DNA of 64,000 nucleotides from Candidatus Pacearchaeota archaeon (GCA_018303845.1 JAGVXH010000005.1:6665-70664); one strand, 5' to 3'. Positions 9,949 to 19,088 are shown, counted from the first letter of the stretch. Program-made: numbers and translations. The notes: generated from the sequence alone by a model not told the origin.

Positions 9949-10037
9949 TTCCACAAGAAGACAACTGAGTCGAAAAGGGACTGCCTCAACCAAAAAAAAT
10001 AAATATCTGTGAGGGTACTCCTTGGCTTTTTGTAGAA
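9949..10037. repeat. Dispersed palindromic repeat, long form (related to 28586 and 29721)
   Basis: CCACAAGAAGACAA..GAGTCGAA...AATAAATATCTGTGAGGGTACTCCTTGGCTTTTTGT closely matches 29722-29805. Confidence 0.9.
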
Positions 10038-10142
10038 TCTAAAATCTAATCTCTAAAATCTACCATCTATTAAATACAAGGTATTTAACTGTGGGACCAT
10101 ACCAACCCAAAACTTTAAAAACAAAAATCAAACCATAACCTT

Positions 10143-10445
10143 ATGAAAATGCCAAAAAAGCTAAATCGATACTGCCCATACTGTAAAAAGAAGACAGATC
10201 AAAAAGTAAAACAGCAAAGTACTGGCAAGCCCTCAACAATGAAGCGAGGTTCAAAGATGAGAGCAATGCTACGAGGACTAAACCGAGGAATCGGAAATCT
10301 AGGACGTTATTCTCGTATGAAAAACCAAGCAAAAAATCAACGTAAAACAACTAAAAAAACAGCTATCGTCTACACTTGCACAGTCTGCAACAAAGGCAAA
10401 GACCAAAAGAAAGGTATCCGAACGAGCAAATTGGTATTAGAATAA
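10143..10445 (+). CDS. rpl44e: 50S ribosomal protein L44e (eL42)
   Basis: MPKKLNRYCPYCKK...KTTKK...YTCTVC zinc-ribbon pattern. Confidence 0.93.
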   Translation: MKMPKKLNRYCPYCKKKTDQKVKQQSTGKPSTMKRGSKMRAMLRGLNRGIGNLGRYSRMKNQAKNQRKTTKKTAIVYTCTVCNKGKDQKKGIRTSKLVLE

Positions 10446-10446
10446 A

Positions 10447-11112
10447 ATGGCAGAAAGAAAAAAATATATCGACGTGAAAGTTCCATTCCTAGGAGAAACA
10501 CTTAGAGTTCTAGGAACACCACAGGAACTAGATGACAAAACAATCAAATTAGACCTAACAAGAAAATTAAGAGGAAAAGGGCTAACCGTAAAATTAAGAA
10601 TCTTCAACCGAGAAGGAACCCTATACGCAATCCCAAATAGCCTAATCTTGGCATCTTCATATATCAGACGAATGATGCGAAAAAGAACAGACTATATAGA
10701 AGACTCATTCCAAGTCAGATGCACAGACGCAAAAGTTACATTCAAGCCACATCTAATCACACGAAAGAAAGTTTCTCGTGTAGTACGAAAAAATCTTCGA
10801 AACACGACAAAAGACTTCATAATCGAATACACAAAAGAAAGAGATTACATGACAGTAGCACAAGACATCTACGACGGGACATTACAAAAAACGCTATTAC
10901 CAAAATTAAAAAAAGTTTATCCATTATCATTTTGCGACATCCGAGTATTTGAGACAAAAGATCTTAAAAAAATAGATATTAATAAAGCAATAAGCAAAAA
11001 CGAAGCAGAAATAAAAGACATTCAAGAAATCTCCGAAGAAGAAACCCAAGAAGAGGCTGAGGAAGAAGAAGCAGAGACAGAAAAAGAAGAAGTTGAGGAA
11101 GAAGAAGAATGA
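10447..11112 (+). CDS. rps3ae: 30S ribosomal protein S3Ae (eS1)
   Basis: SYIRRMMRKRTDYIED and LKKVYPL..DIR motifs; acidic tail. Confidence 0.88.
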   Translation: MAERKKYIDVKVPFLGETLRVLGTPQELDDKTIKLDLTRKLRGKGLTVKLRIFNREGTLYAIPNSLILASSYIRRMMRKRTDYIEDSFQVRCTDAKVTFKPHLITRKKVSRVVRKNLRNTTKDFIIEYTKERDYMTVAQDIYDGTLQKTLLPKLKKVYPLSFCDIRVFETKDLKKIDINKAISKNEAEIKDIQEISEEETQEEAEEEEAETEKEEVEEEEE

Positions 11113-11678
11113 ATTCAGAGCAAACGCTAGTTCTACTAAAACCAGATACAATACTTAGAGGAATAACTGGAGAAATTATAACTCGTTTTGAAAAAGTTGG
11201 AATGAAAATAGTTGGAATGAAAATGATTCAAGCTTCAAAGGAAGTTCTAGAAAAACATTATTTCAAAGACGAAGCATGGTTAAAAGAAAAAGGAGAATTA
11301 TTTAAGAAAAAATTAGGACTTCCAGAGGAAACTGATCCAATACCAGTAGGACAAAAAATTGCAGACAGTCTAATTTTGGACATGCAAGTTTCTCCAATCA
11401 TAGCAATGGTTTTACAGGGGCATAACGCAGTAAAAACAGTAAAAAGATTAGCAGGCCCAACAAATATCGACGAAGCAGCCCCAGGAACAATTCGAGGCGA
11501 TTTCTCACACGACACATTCGGCCTTGCGAACAAATCAGGAAGACCAAATATTACAATAATCCATGCAACAGACGACCCAGAAGTTGCACAAAATGAAATA
11601 GACTTTTGGTTTAGCCCAGATGAAATACACCTCTATACAAAACCAGAAGAAAGCGTTCATTATAGAAAAATAGAATAA
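11109..11678 (+). CDS. ndk: Nucleoside diphosphate kinase
   Basis: EQTLVLLKPD, PGTIRGDF, IIHATD. Confidence 0.96.
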   Translation: MNSEQTLVLLKPDTILRGITGEIITRFEKVGMKIVGMKMIQASKEVLEKHYFKDEAWLKEKGELFKKKLGLPEETDPIPVGQKIADSLILDMQVSPIIAMVLQGHNAVKTVKRLAGPTNIDEAAPGTIRGDFSHDTFGLANKSGRPNITIIHATDDPEVAQNEIDFWFSPDEIHLYTKPEESVHYRKIE

Positions 11679-11718
11679 ACCCCATAAAACTTATAAACAA
11701 TTTCTTCAAACTAAATTT

Positions 11719-12375
11719 ATGAAAATAGTTCTCCTAGGCGCACCCGGAGCAGGAAAAGGAACATACGCTTCTCGACTAAAAGATACATATAACATCCCAC
11801 ACATATCGACAGGAGATGTTTTAAGGGAAGCAATCAAAAACAAAACCGAAGCTGGACTAAAAGCAAAAATATACATGGACAAAGGAGACTTTGTGCCAGA
11901 TGAAATAATAATTGATTTACTAAAAGAAAGACTAAATCAGGATGACGCTAAAACCGGAATGCTTCTAGACGGATTCCCAAGAACAATCGAACAAGCTAAA
12001 ATTCTAGACGAAATAATCGGAATCAAAGCAGTCCTAAAATTCGACATCAATAAAGATGTAGTATTAAGAAGACTAGGCGGAAGATTAATCTGCAAAGGCT
12101 GCGGAGAAATCTTCAACAAGCACAAACTCCCACCTAAACAAGAAGGAATCTGTGACCTCTGTGAAAATCAGCTACATCAAAGAGAAGACGATACCGAAGA
12201 AACCATAATCAAAAGATATGATCTTTACCAAAACCAAATAAGTCCCCTAGAAGAACACTACAAAAAAACAAATAACCTTCACACGCTAGACTCAAACATA
12301 GATTTAAGCGACCCAGAATGCAAAGTATTAGAAAATTGCAAAATAATTTTAGACAATATAAAATCGAAACTTTAA
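11719..12375 (+). CDS. adk: Adenylate kinase (bacterial type, zinc LID)
   Basis: GAPGAGKGT, HISTGD, LDGFPR, CxxC...CxxC LID. Confidence 0.96.
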   Translation: MKIVLLGAPGAGKGTYASRLKDTYNIPHISTGDVLREAIKNKTEAGLKAKIYMDKGDFVPDEIIIDLLKERLNQDDAKTGMLLDGFPRTIEQAKILDEIIGIKAVLKFDINKDVVLRRLGGRLICKGCGEIFNKHKLPPKQEGICDLCENQLHQREDDTEETIIKRYDLYQNQISPLEEHYKKTNNLHTLDSNIDLSDPECKVLENCKIILDNIKSKL

Positions 12376-12389
12376 AAAATCAAAATCAT

Positions 12390-12608
12390 TTATTCCTTCT
12401 TAACAACTTTCTTAACAACCTTTTTCACAACCTTCTTAACAACCTTTTTCTCAACAGCAACAGCCTCAACAACAGCCTTCTTTTTCTTAGGCCTAGGTGC
12501 TCGATTCCTAGAATTACCATTAACTAACTTAGCTATTCTTTTCTTTCGTCGCGCAACTCTCCAAGCTCTATTCCTATCAAATCGCTTCGGCTTATTTTTT
12601 CCTGGCAT
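12390..12608 (-). CDS. Small very basic protein with (KKVV)4 tail
   Basis: ATG start, TATA-like box upstream, convergent with adk; Arg/Lys-rich. Confidence 0.65.
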   Translation of the reverse strand: MPGKNKPKRFDRNRAWRVARRKKRIAKLVNGNSRNRAPRPKKKKAVVEAVAVEKKVVKKVVKKVVKKVVKKE

Positions 12609-12849
12609 ATTATATCCCCGAAATTTTACTTTTTAAGTCTTTAGATAGCAAAAAATAGTCTATTCTGCGAAAAATTTATATCCCGCAGAGAGTCCATATT
12701 ACAAAAGAAAAAGACCAGTCCTGAATATTCGACAATATAATACTTAAATTAATAGACGCAATAATAATAGCTACTTCCGCCATTATCAAAAAGAATTTTC
12801 CCCACTTGCTTCTCACCATAATGATTAGAAGTTTAAAAAACTATTACAA

Positions 12850-12921
12850 AGCCTACGAAGGGAGTCAAACCCTCGACCCTCTGTTTACAAGACAGATGCT
12901 CTATCACTGAGCTACGCAGGC
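12850..12921 (-). tRNA. tRNA-Thr(TGT)
   Basis: Reverse complement GCCTGCG-TA-GCTC..GAGC-A-TCTGT-CTTGTAA-ACAGA-GGGTC-GAGGG-TTTGACT-CCCTT-CGTAGGC-T. Confidence 0.9.
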
Positions 12922-12958
12922 ATACAAACTAACTGGACAATTCATTTTTAAGTTTTGT

Positions 12959-13000
12959 GGGAGTCAAAGCCTCGACCCTCTGTTTACAAGACAGATACTC
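12959..13000 (-). repeat. Partial duplicate of the tRNA-Thr anticodon and T arms
   Basis: 42-nt copy of 12860-12901 with two mismatches. Confidence 0.9.
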
Positions 13001-13033
13001 GCACATCGAAAGCGAAAAAACAGTCCAATAAAA

Positions 13034-13591
13034 TCAATAATTAATAACTTCAACCTTCTTATCTGCTTGCAACATATCAACAATTTCACATTCTAAATTA
13101 GCAACCTCGCCCTTGACAAACGGACCAACAGCGTTACCCTCGACATCCAAAAACTCTGGGCAATCATCCAAAAACCTCACCAGCCGATGCCGACACTCCT
13201 TCTCCTTCCCGCCGCCATTCATATCTGCAGCCTGATTCTTCTCAGCCCTTTCAAGTGCCTTCACCAACTCCTCGAACAAATCCTTTTCAAACCCAAGCAA
13301 ATTCTCAAAATCCTTCTTAGAAATCCCAACTTGCGAAGCCACAAACGCCAAATTCAAAATCTTCTTCTTTCGAATCCTAAGCAAATCCCTAAAACTCGAA
13401 ACCGCATTGTCCAACTTCTTCTTGCTCTTAATCGCAACATCACTAAACAAATCAGCCTCCTTATTCAAAAACTCTTTCTTATCATTAAAATAATTACTAA
13501 CTTCAAGCAAAAAACCCTTCGGCAAAATCTGCAAATTCTCACTATACTTTTCCTTCCTCATCGCCTCATAAATATCACTAAAGCTCAACAT
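13034..13591 (-). CDS. GINS complex subunit (Gins51-like)
   Basis: RKEKYSENLQILP, LRIRKKKILNLA, and C-terminal B domain VRFL..CPEFLD.EG..VGPF.KGEVANL; start reassigned to MLSFSD. Confidence 0.85.
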   Translation of the reverse strand: MLSFSDIYEAMRKEKYSENLQILPKGFLLEVSNYFNDKKEFLNKEADLFSDVAIKSKKKLDNAVSSFRDLLRIRKKKILNLAFVASQVGISKKDFENLLGFEKDLFEELVKALERAEKNQAADMNGGGKEKECRHRLVRFLDDCPEFLDVEGNAVGPFVKGEVANLECEIVDMLQADKKVEVINY

Positions 13592-13676
13592 ATACCCAAA
13601 AATCACACTTACTTTAAAACAATTGTTATACTCTAACTTACCAAACAAATTTAAACAAAATTCTCCTCAACAAATC

Positions 13677-14864
13677 ATGTTCGGCAAACTAAAAGAAAAA
13701 CTAAAATCCTGGATAACAAAAAATGAAGAAACTCCAGAAAAAGAAATCTTAGAAGAAACTCCAAAAGAAAAAAGCCTAATAAAAAAAGAAAAGCCTAATA
13801 AAAAAACTAAAACTAGAAAGGGGGAAGTCAAGGGGAAGTCAAGGGGAAAAACTAAAACTAAAATCCAGCCAATTGAAGAAGAACCAAAAGAAAAAAAATC
13901 ATTCTTCTCAATCTTCAAAAAAGAGAAATCTGAAGAAAAACAACAAGTAAGCAAAACAAAATCCCTACAAGAAACAAACAAGGAAAACGAACTCCCCATA
14001 AACAAACCCGAAGAAAAGAAAAAATTAGGTCTATTCCAAAAAGCCCTAACTGAAGAAAAATTCGAAGAACTTTTTTCTGAACTCCAAATCATCCTCCTTC
14101 AACATAACGTAGCATATGAAGCAGTCGAAGCAATAGAAACTCATCTAAAAAAATCCCTAATCGGAGAGTCAACAAAAGAAGTAAATATAATCAAAGAACT
14201 AAAAACAGCAATAGAAAATCTCTTAATTAATCCTCCAAATTTCCTAGAAGAAATAAAAAATTCAAAATCAAAACCTTTCGTAATCCTTTTTGCAGGAATC
14301 AACGGCTCAGGGAAAACAACAACCATAGCAAAAGTCGCACACTACCTACAAAAAAACAAGATGTCTGTATGTCTAATCGCCGCAGACACTTTCCGAGCAG
14401 CTGCAATCCAACAACTTGAAGAACATGGGAAAAACCTAAAAATCCCTGTCATAAAAAAAGACTATGGAAGCGACCCAGCCGCAGTCGGATTTGACGGAGT
14501 AAAATACGCACAAAAAAACAAAATCGACGTAGTCCTAATCGACACAGCAGGAAGAATGCAAAACAAAGATTCGCTAATGAAGGAAATCGAAAAAATATCC
14601 AGAGTAACAAAGCCTGACATGAAAATCTTTCTAGGCGAGTCCACTACTGGAAACGACGCAACCCTTCAGGCAAAGGCATTCAACGACTCAATCGGGCTAA
14701 CCGGAATAATTCTTTCAAAAGCAGATGTAGACGAATCCGGAGGAACTGCCATTTCAGTTGCCCACGTATCAAAAGTCCCAATACTATTCCTGGGGACCGG
14801 ACAAAAATACGAAGACCTAGAAATCTTCGACAAAGAAAAACTTATTGAAAAATTAGGACTCTAA
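13677..14864 (+). CDS. ftsY: SRP receptor FtsY
   Basis: GINGSGKTTT, DTFRAAA, DTAGR, SKAD, GTGQ; charged low-complexity N-terminus; start at MFGKLK. Confidence 0.96.
   Translation: MFGKLKEKLKSWITKNEETPEKEILEETPKEKSLIKKEKPNKKTKTRKGEVKGKSRGKTKTKIQPIEEEPKEKKSFFSIFKKEKSEEKQQVSKTKSLQETNKENELPINKPEEKKKLGLFQKALTEEKFEELFSELQIILLQHNVAYEAVEAIETHLKKSLIGESTKEVNIIKELKTAIENLLINPPNFLEEIKNSKSKPFVILFAGINGSGKTTTIAKVAHYLQKNKMSVCLIAADTFRAAAIQQLEEHGKNLKIPVIKKDYGSDPAAVGFDGVKYAQKNKIDVVLIDTAGRMQNKDSLMKEIEKISRVTKPDMKIFLGESTTGNDATLQAKAFNDSIGLTGIILSKADVDESGGTAISVAHVSKVPILFLGTGQKYEDLEIFDKEKLIEKLGL
14831..14857 (+). repeat. 27-bp direct repeat copy 1 (3' end of ftsY)
   Basis: CAAAGAAAAACTTATTGAAAAATTAGG is identical at 15260-15286. 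Confidence 0.92.
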
Positions 14865-14945
14865 CCCACAAAAAATCCAATGTGATAAAACTCTAAAGTA
14901 GTAGCAAATAGCAAAATATTTAAAGACAAATAAACAGCATTCACA

Positions 14946-15239
14946 ATGGAAAAACTAGAAATAAAAACAGAAATCGAATGGAAAGGAACTTCTTTATGCG
15001 AAGCCGTATTAAGCTCCATCGGAACACTAAATAGATATCATAACAGAAACAAAACTTCAAAATGTAAAATTTCAGGATGTTCTGGACCAAAAATATATAT
15101 TGCAAAATCATCAGACATATACGCCTTTCTTGAAAATCATCCGAATAAAAACAAAATTGAAATTGAAAAATGCCTAGACACTTTAGAGAAAGATAATTAT
15201 ATCGAAAGACATTGGACAGGCGGATATCTACTTAATTAA
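14946..15239 (+). CDS. Hypothetical protein, possible winged-helix C-terminus, between the ftsY direct repeats
   Basis: ATG with TTTAAA box upstream; IEKCLDTLEKDNYIER..GGY resembles a wHTH wing. Confidence 0.6.
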   Translation: MEKLEIKTEIEWKGTSLCEAVLSSIGTLNRYHNRNKTSKCKISGCSGPKIYIAKSSDIYAFLENHPNKNKIEIEKCLDTLEKDNYIERHWTGGYLLN

Positions 15240-15259
15240 TTTTCTATAAACCAACCTTT

Positions 15260-15286
15260 CAAAGAAAAACTTATTGAAAAATTAGG
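15260..15286 (+). repeat. 27-bp direct repeat copy 2 (orphan ftsY 3' end)
   Basis: Continues GCTATAG, still encoding KEKLIEKLGL-stop. Confidence 0.92.
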
Positions 15287-15297
15287 GCTATAGTCAA

Positions 15298-15834
15298 CTA
15301 TCTTCTTGATTTTCTCTTTTCTATAGTCTTCCTATTTATCTCAGGAATATCCTCAATCCCAACGCAAACATTCCTTAACCCCAGGGCCCTTCCATTTTCA
15401 TGAGAAGCAATGCAAAGCCCTCCTTCATACTTCGGCCCTCCGAAACCACTCTTCACCTGCTCAGCCCACTTCTTCACAGCAAACTCACTCTCCATCCCAA
15501 AACGTTTACTCATAGCCAAACAAAACTTTTCTAAATTACCAGGCAAATCAAACTTTCCAGGATGAATATCTAAACTATCTACACCATCAAGACTTTTAAG
15601 ATAATTACTAACCCTTTCCACATCATCCGAAGAAACCGCAAAATACCAATTACCGTCATCTCCAACCATTCCAAAACCAACACCAACACCATCGACCAAA
15701 GGTTGGCACAGTTTCATTCCCTTAATATCCTCATACCGAGAATCCTTCCTCAAATCCTCATCCGCAACCGAAATCCAATATCTATCCATAATCAAAAACA
15801 CCAATTTATCTTTATAAGAATTTGTATGTTCCAC
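15298..15834 (-). CDS. Hypothetical protein
   Basis: 178-aa ORF with minus-strand host codon bias; start uncertain. Confidence 0.65.
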   Translation of the reverse strand: MEHTNSYKDKLVFLIMDRYWISVADEDLRKDSRYEDIKGMKLCQPLVDGVGVGFGMVGDDGNWYFAVSSDDVERVSNYLKSLDGVDSLDIHPGKFDLPGNLEKFCLAMSKRFGMESEFAVKKWAEQVKSGFGGPKYEGGLCIASHENGRALGLRNVCVGIEDIPEINRKTIEKRKSRR

Positions 15835-16063
15835 TCCTCAACAAACTCAATAAGCCAGGTAGCAACCGTTACCATTAAGTCAAATCCATGAAAATCCATG
15901 TTCGTTCGCGTGCCAATTTTCAACAACCATTACCAATACTCAGTATTTCCCCAAATCTCCACAAGAAATATAATACGAAAGCATTGTAATTTTTTGCGAA
16001 ATAGACTAAAGGTTAAAAGCTAAAATCGACACCCATAAAAACCTCTCAAACCTCCAATTTTAC

Positions 16064-17458
16064 ATGATACTAGAAAAACTAGGCAGCAGTCTAAAATCAG
16101 GAATAAAAAAAATCTCTAACGCAATCTTCCTAGACAAAAAACTAATAGACCAAATCATCAAAGACATCCAAAAATCCTTAATCGAAGCCGATGTCAATAT
16201 AACCCTAGTATTTTCCCTAACACAAAAAATAAAAAAAATAGCCTACGACGAAACAATTCCCTCAATAGACAAAAAAGAACAATTAGTAAAATTAATCCAC
16301 GATGAAATTCTCCTAATCCTAGGCGGAGAATCTCACGAACTCAAACTTCCAAAACAAGCAAGCATAATGTTCCTCGGGCTTTACGGAGCAGGGAAAACAA
16401 CAACAATAGCAAAACTAGGATTCTACTACGCGAAAAGAGGAAGAAAAGTTGCATTACTAGGATTAGATACACAACGTCCAGCGGCAATGGAACAACTTAA
16501 ACAACTAGCAGAAAAAACAAAACTAACCTATTTCATAGAGACCCCCGAAGACAAAGAAAAAAACAAAAAAATGTCTTCAACAAAAAGGTCCCTTGATCTA
16601 ATCAAAAAATACGAATCTGATCTAAAAAAATATGACCTAATCCTAATAGACACAGCCGGACGAGACGGCCTAAACGAAGACCTAGTCAAAGAAATAGAAC
16701 TACTAAATAAAACTCTAAAGCCCACCTACCGAATCCTAGTCATGCCAGCCGACGTAGGACAAACAGCCAAAGTTCAGGCCACAGAATTCAAAAAAGCCCT
16801 CTCAATCGACGGCGTAATAATAACAAGAATGGACGGCACCTCTAAAGCTGGTGGGAGCTTAACTGCCTGCGCAGAAACTTCTGCCCCAGTATACTTCATT
16901 GGTGTCGGAGAACAAATCCACGAAATAGAAACCTTCAATCCAGAGTCTTTCATCCAACGACTCCTAGGGATGGGTGACCTCCAAGCACTTCTAGAACACG
17001 TAAAATCAGCGACAGATTCGGGACAACAACAAAGAATCGAAGACCGACTTGCAGAAGGAAAATTCACACTCCTAGATTTATATTCCCAACTAGAACAAAT
17101 GAACAAAATGGGCTCAATGGATAAACTTCTCGGAATGATTCCAGGAATGTCTGCCGCAAAAATACCAAAAGAAGCACTTCAAAAACAAGAAGCCAAAATG
17201 AAAAATTGGAAATCCGCAATATCCTCAATGACTGAAACAGAAATTGAAAACCCAGAAATCCTAGAAAAACAAACCTCAAGAATCGCAAGAATCGCAAAAG
17301 GCTCAGGAACAACAACCACAGAAATAAGAGAACTCTTGAAACAATACAAGATGTTAAAAGAAATGATGGGAATGCAATCGGGAATGCAAGACGGAAACAT
17401 TGATCCAAAAATGATGCAGAAGATGGCAAAGAAGTTTAGAGGGAAGATTAAGCTGTAA
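16064..17458 (+). CDS. srp54: Signal recognition particle protein SRP54
   Basis: GLYGAGKTTT, DTQRPAA, DTAGR, RLLGMGD, Met-rich M domain with SRIARIAKGSG. Confidence 0.97.
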   Translation: MILEKLGSSLKSGIKKISNAIFLDKKLIDQIIKDIQKSLIEADVNITLVFSLTQKIKKIAYDETIPSIDKKEQLVKLIHDEILLILGGESHELKLPKQASIMFLGLYGAGKTTTIAKLGFYYAKRGRKVALLGLDTQRPAAMEQLKQLAEKTKLTYFIETPEDKEKNKKMSSTKRSLDLIKKYESDLKKYDLILIDTAGRDGLNEDLVKEIELLNKTLKPTYRILVMPADVGQTAKVQATEFKKALSIDGVIITRMDGTSKAGGSLTACAETSAPVYFIGVGEQIHEIETFNPESFIQRLLGMGDLQALLEHVKSATDSGQQQRIEDRLAEGKFTLLDLYSQLEQMNKMGSMDKLLGMIPGMSAAKIPKEALQKQEAKMKNWKSAISSMTETEIENPEILEKQTSRIARIAKGSGTTTTEIRELLKQYKMLKEMMGMQSGMQDGNIDPKMMQKMAKKFRGKIKL

Positions 17459-17916
17459 TGATAAATTATGAAATACTTTTGTCAACAGCAATTGGTGTAA
17501 TAATTGGGACAATAGTAAGTGTAGCTCTAAACTATAAAGTACAAATGAAATTAACAAAAAATAATTTTATTTTCATAGAAAAGATAAAACAATATGAAAA
17601 AATATCCGATAAGATAAATCAAATACATGAATGGTATTTCTTAGGTATTAAAATGAGCGAAGAAGGAAACTCTGAAGAATTACCAAGAAGAATAGAGTCT
17701 AATGCGAAAGCATTGGATTATTTCCTGATGTTCTCACCACCAAACTTTAATTATATATCTAACATAATAAAAAAACAAATGGAGGAATATAATAATTTTC
17801 TTAAAGTAATAGCAGAACAAAAAAATTATAGTGAAAAAAATATTTTGAAAATTTCAAAAGAAATCAATATTTTTACAAACAAAATAAGGGAACAAATTAA
17901 GAAAGAACTAAAATAA
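17458..17916 (+). CDS. Hypothetical protein with N-terminal membrane anchor
   Basis: One TM helix then a helical domain; AT-rich; overlaps the srp54 stop. Confidence 0.7.
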   Translation: MINYEILLSTAIGVIIGTIVSVALNYKVQMKLTKNNFIFIEKIKQYEKISDKINQIHEWYFLGIKMSEEGNSEELPRRIESNAKALDYFLMFSPPNFNYISNIIKKQMEEYNNFLKVIAEQKNYSEKNILKISKEINIFTNKIREQIKKELK

Positions 17917-17918
17917 CT

Positions 17919-18299
17919 ATGACACCAAAACTCTTCAAAAAATGGAAAACTAAAGTCTGGAAATCCTTCCTAAAAAAATTCCCCCTAAGCCTAATCAACA
18001 TAATCCTGATCCTAGCAATCACCTACATCGCAATCGGCTACGTAGCAGGATTCGGAATTCTCGCCTTCATGGGCTACCTCTTCTACAGTACAATCAACCT
18101 GAACAAACTAATCGAACACCCATGGAAATCCGCAGTCTGGGCTCTAGTCTACATAGCAGGTGCAATAATTTTCGATATCTTCTTAAGCAAAGCCATCCCA
18201 ATGTTTTCAAAAGGAGATGGAGCATCCCTATTTTCCGCAACAGTCCTATGCACAATACTACTATACCTTTGGCTAAAAAGCAGGAAATACAAAAAATGA
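17919..18299 (+). CDS. Small multi-pass membrane protein
   Basis: About four hydrophobic segments; coupled to bud32. Confidence 0.75.
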   Translation: MTPKLFKKWKTKVWKSFLKKFPLSLINIILILAITYIAIGYVAGFGILAFMGYLFYSTINLNKLIEHPWKSAVWALVYIAGAIIFDIFLSKAIPMFSKGDGASLFSATVLCTILLYLWLKSRKYKK

Positions 18300-19030
18300 A
18301 ACTCCTATCCCAAGGCGCCGAAGCCAAAATCTACCTAGCGAAAAATCTGCGAAAATCTGCGAAATCTGCGGCTAACTCACCAGCTCAATTCATAATAAAA
18401 ACAAGAATCCCAAAATCCTACCGACATCCTCAACTCGACAACCAAATCAGAACAAGGCGCACAAAGTCAGAATCCAAAATCCTAACCAAAGCAATCCAAG
18501 CCAAAATAAACGTTCCAAGAATTTTAAACCAAACGACCAAACGACCAAACGACCAAACGACCGATAAATTCCAGATTCATATGGAATTTGTTCCAGGCGA
18601 CAAACTATCCCAAACCCTAAACGACTATCCAGAACAAAAACAAATCACAGCAATGAAAAAACTAGGCCGTCAAGTTGCAAAACTCCACGCGAACAATATC
18701 ATTCATTCCGACCTAACAACCTCCAACATCATCTTGTCCTCATCTCACAGGCGAAAGCCGATCTCACAGGCGAAAGCCGATCTCACAGGCGAAAGCCGAT
18801 CTCACAGCGAAGCGATCTACTTAATCGACTTCGGATTAAGTTACATCTCAATAAAAATCGAAGACAAAGCAGTCGACCTCCACCTCCTGAAACAAGCACT
18901 CCAAGCCAAACACTTCCAAAACTGGAAAAAATTCTTCCAAGCATTTTGCCAAGGATACAAATGGCAAGACTCCAAAGCAATCCTAGAAAGACTAGAAATA
19001 GTAGAAAAACGAGGCCGATACAAACATTAA
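18296..19030 (+). CDS. bud32: KEOPS kinase/ATPase Bud32
   Basis: QGAEAKIY, KTRIPKSYRHP.LD, HSDLTTSN, IDFGL, EDKAVDL, VEKRGRY; start reassigned to MKLLSQG. Confidence 0.95.
   Translation: MKLLSQGAEAKIYLAKNLRKSAKSAANSPAQFIIKTRIPKSYRHPQLDNQIRTRRTKSESKILTKAIQAKINVPRILNQTTKRPNDQTTDKFQIHMEFVPGDKLSQTLNDYPEQKQITAMKKLGRQVAKLHANNIIHSDLTTSNIILSSSHRRKPISQAKADLTGESRSHSEAIYLIDFGLSYISIKIEDKAVDLHLLKQALQAKHFQNWKKFFQAFCQGYKWQDSKAILERLEIVEKRGRYKH
18742..18814. repeat. Intragenic tandem repeat ATCTCACAGGCGAAAGCCG x3 plus a degenerate copy
   Basis: 19-nt units at 18742, 18761 and 18780, then ATCTCACAGCGAAGCG. Confidence 0.95.
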
Positions 19031-19088
19031 CCAAGAATCATTTCTACTTCTCATAAAAAACTCTATCATTACAATGCACCCGATTAAG

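Noticed and set aside
12676-12819. 47-aa hydrophobic ORF (MVRSKWGKFF...) downstream of tRNA-Thr
   Set aside because: Too short and featureless to support without homologs.
18122-18295. N-terminal extension of Bud32 in the ORF track (similar extensions on ftsY, GINS, patatin, ppaC and the 35482 gene)
   Set aside because: They overlap neighbouring genes or promoters; family motifs begin at downstream ATGs.
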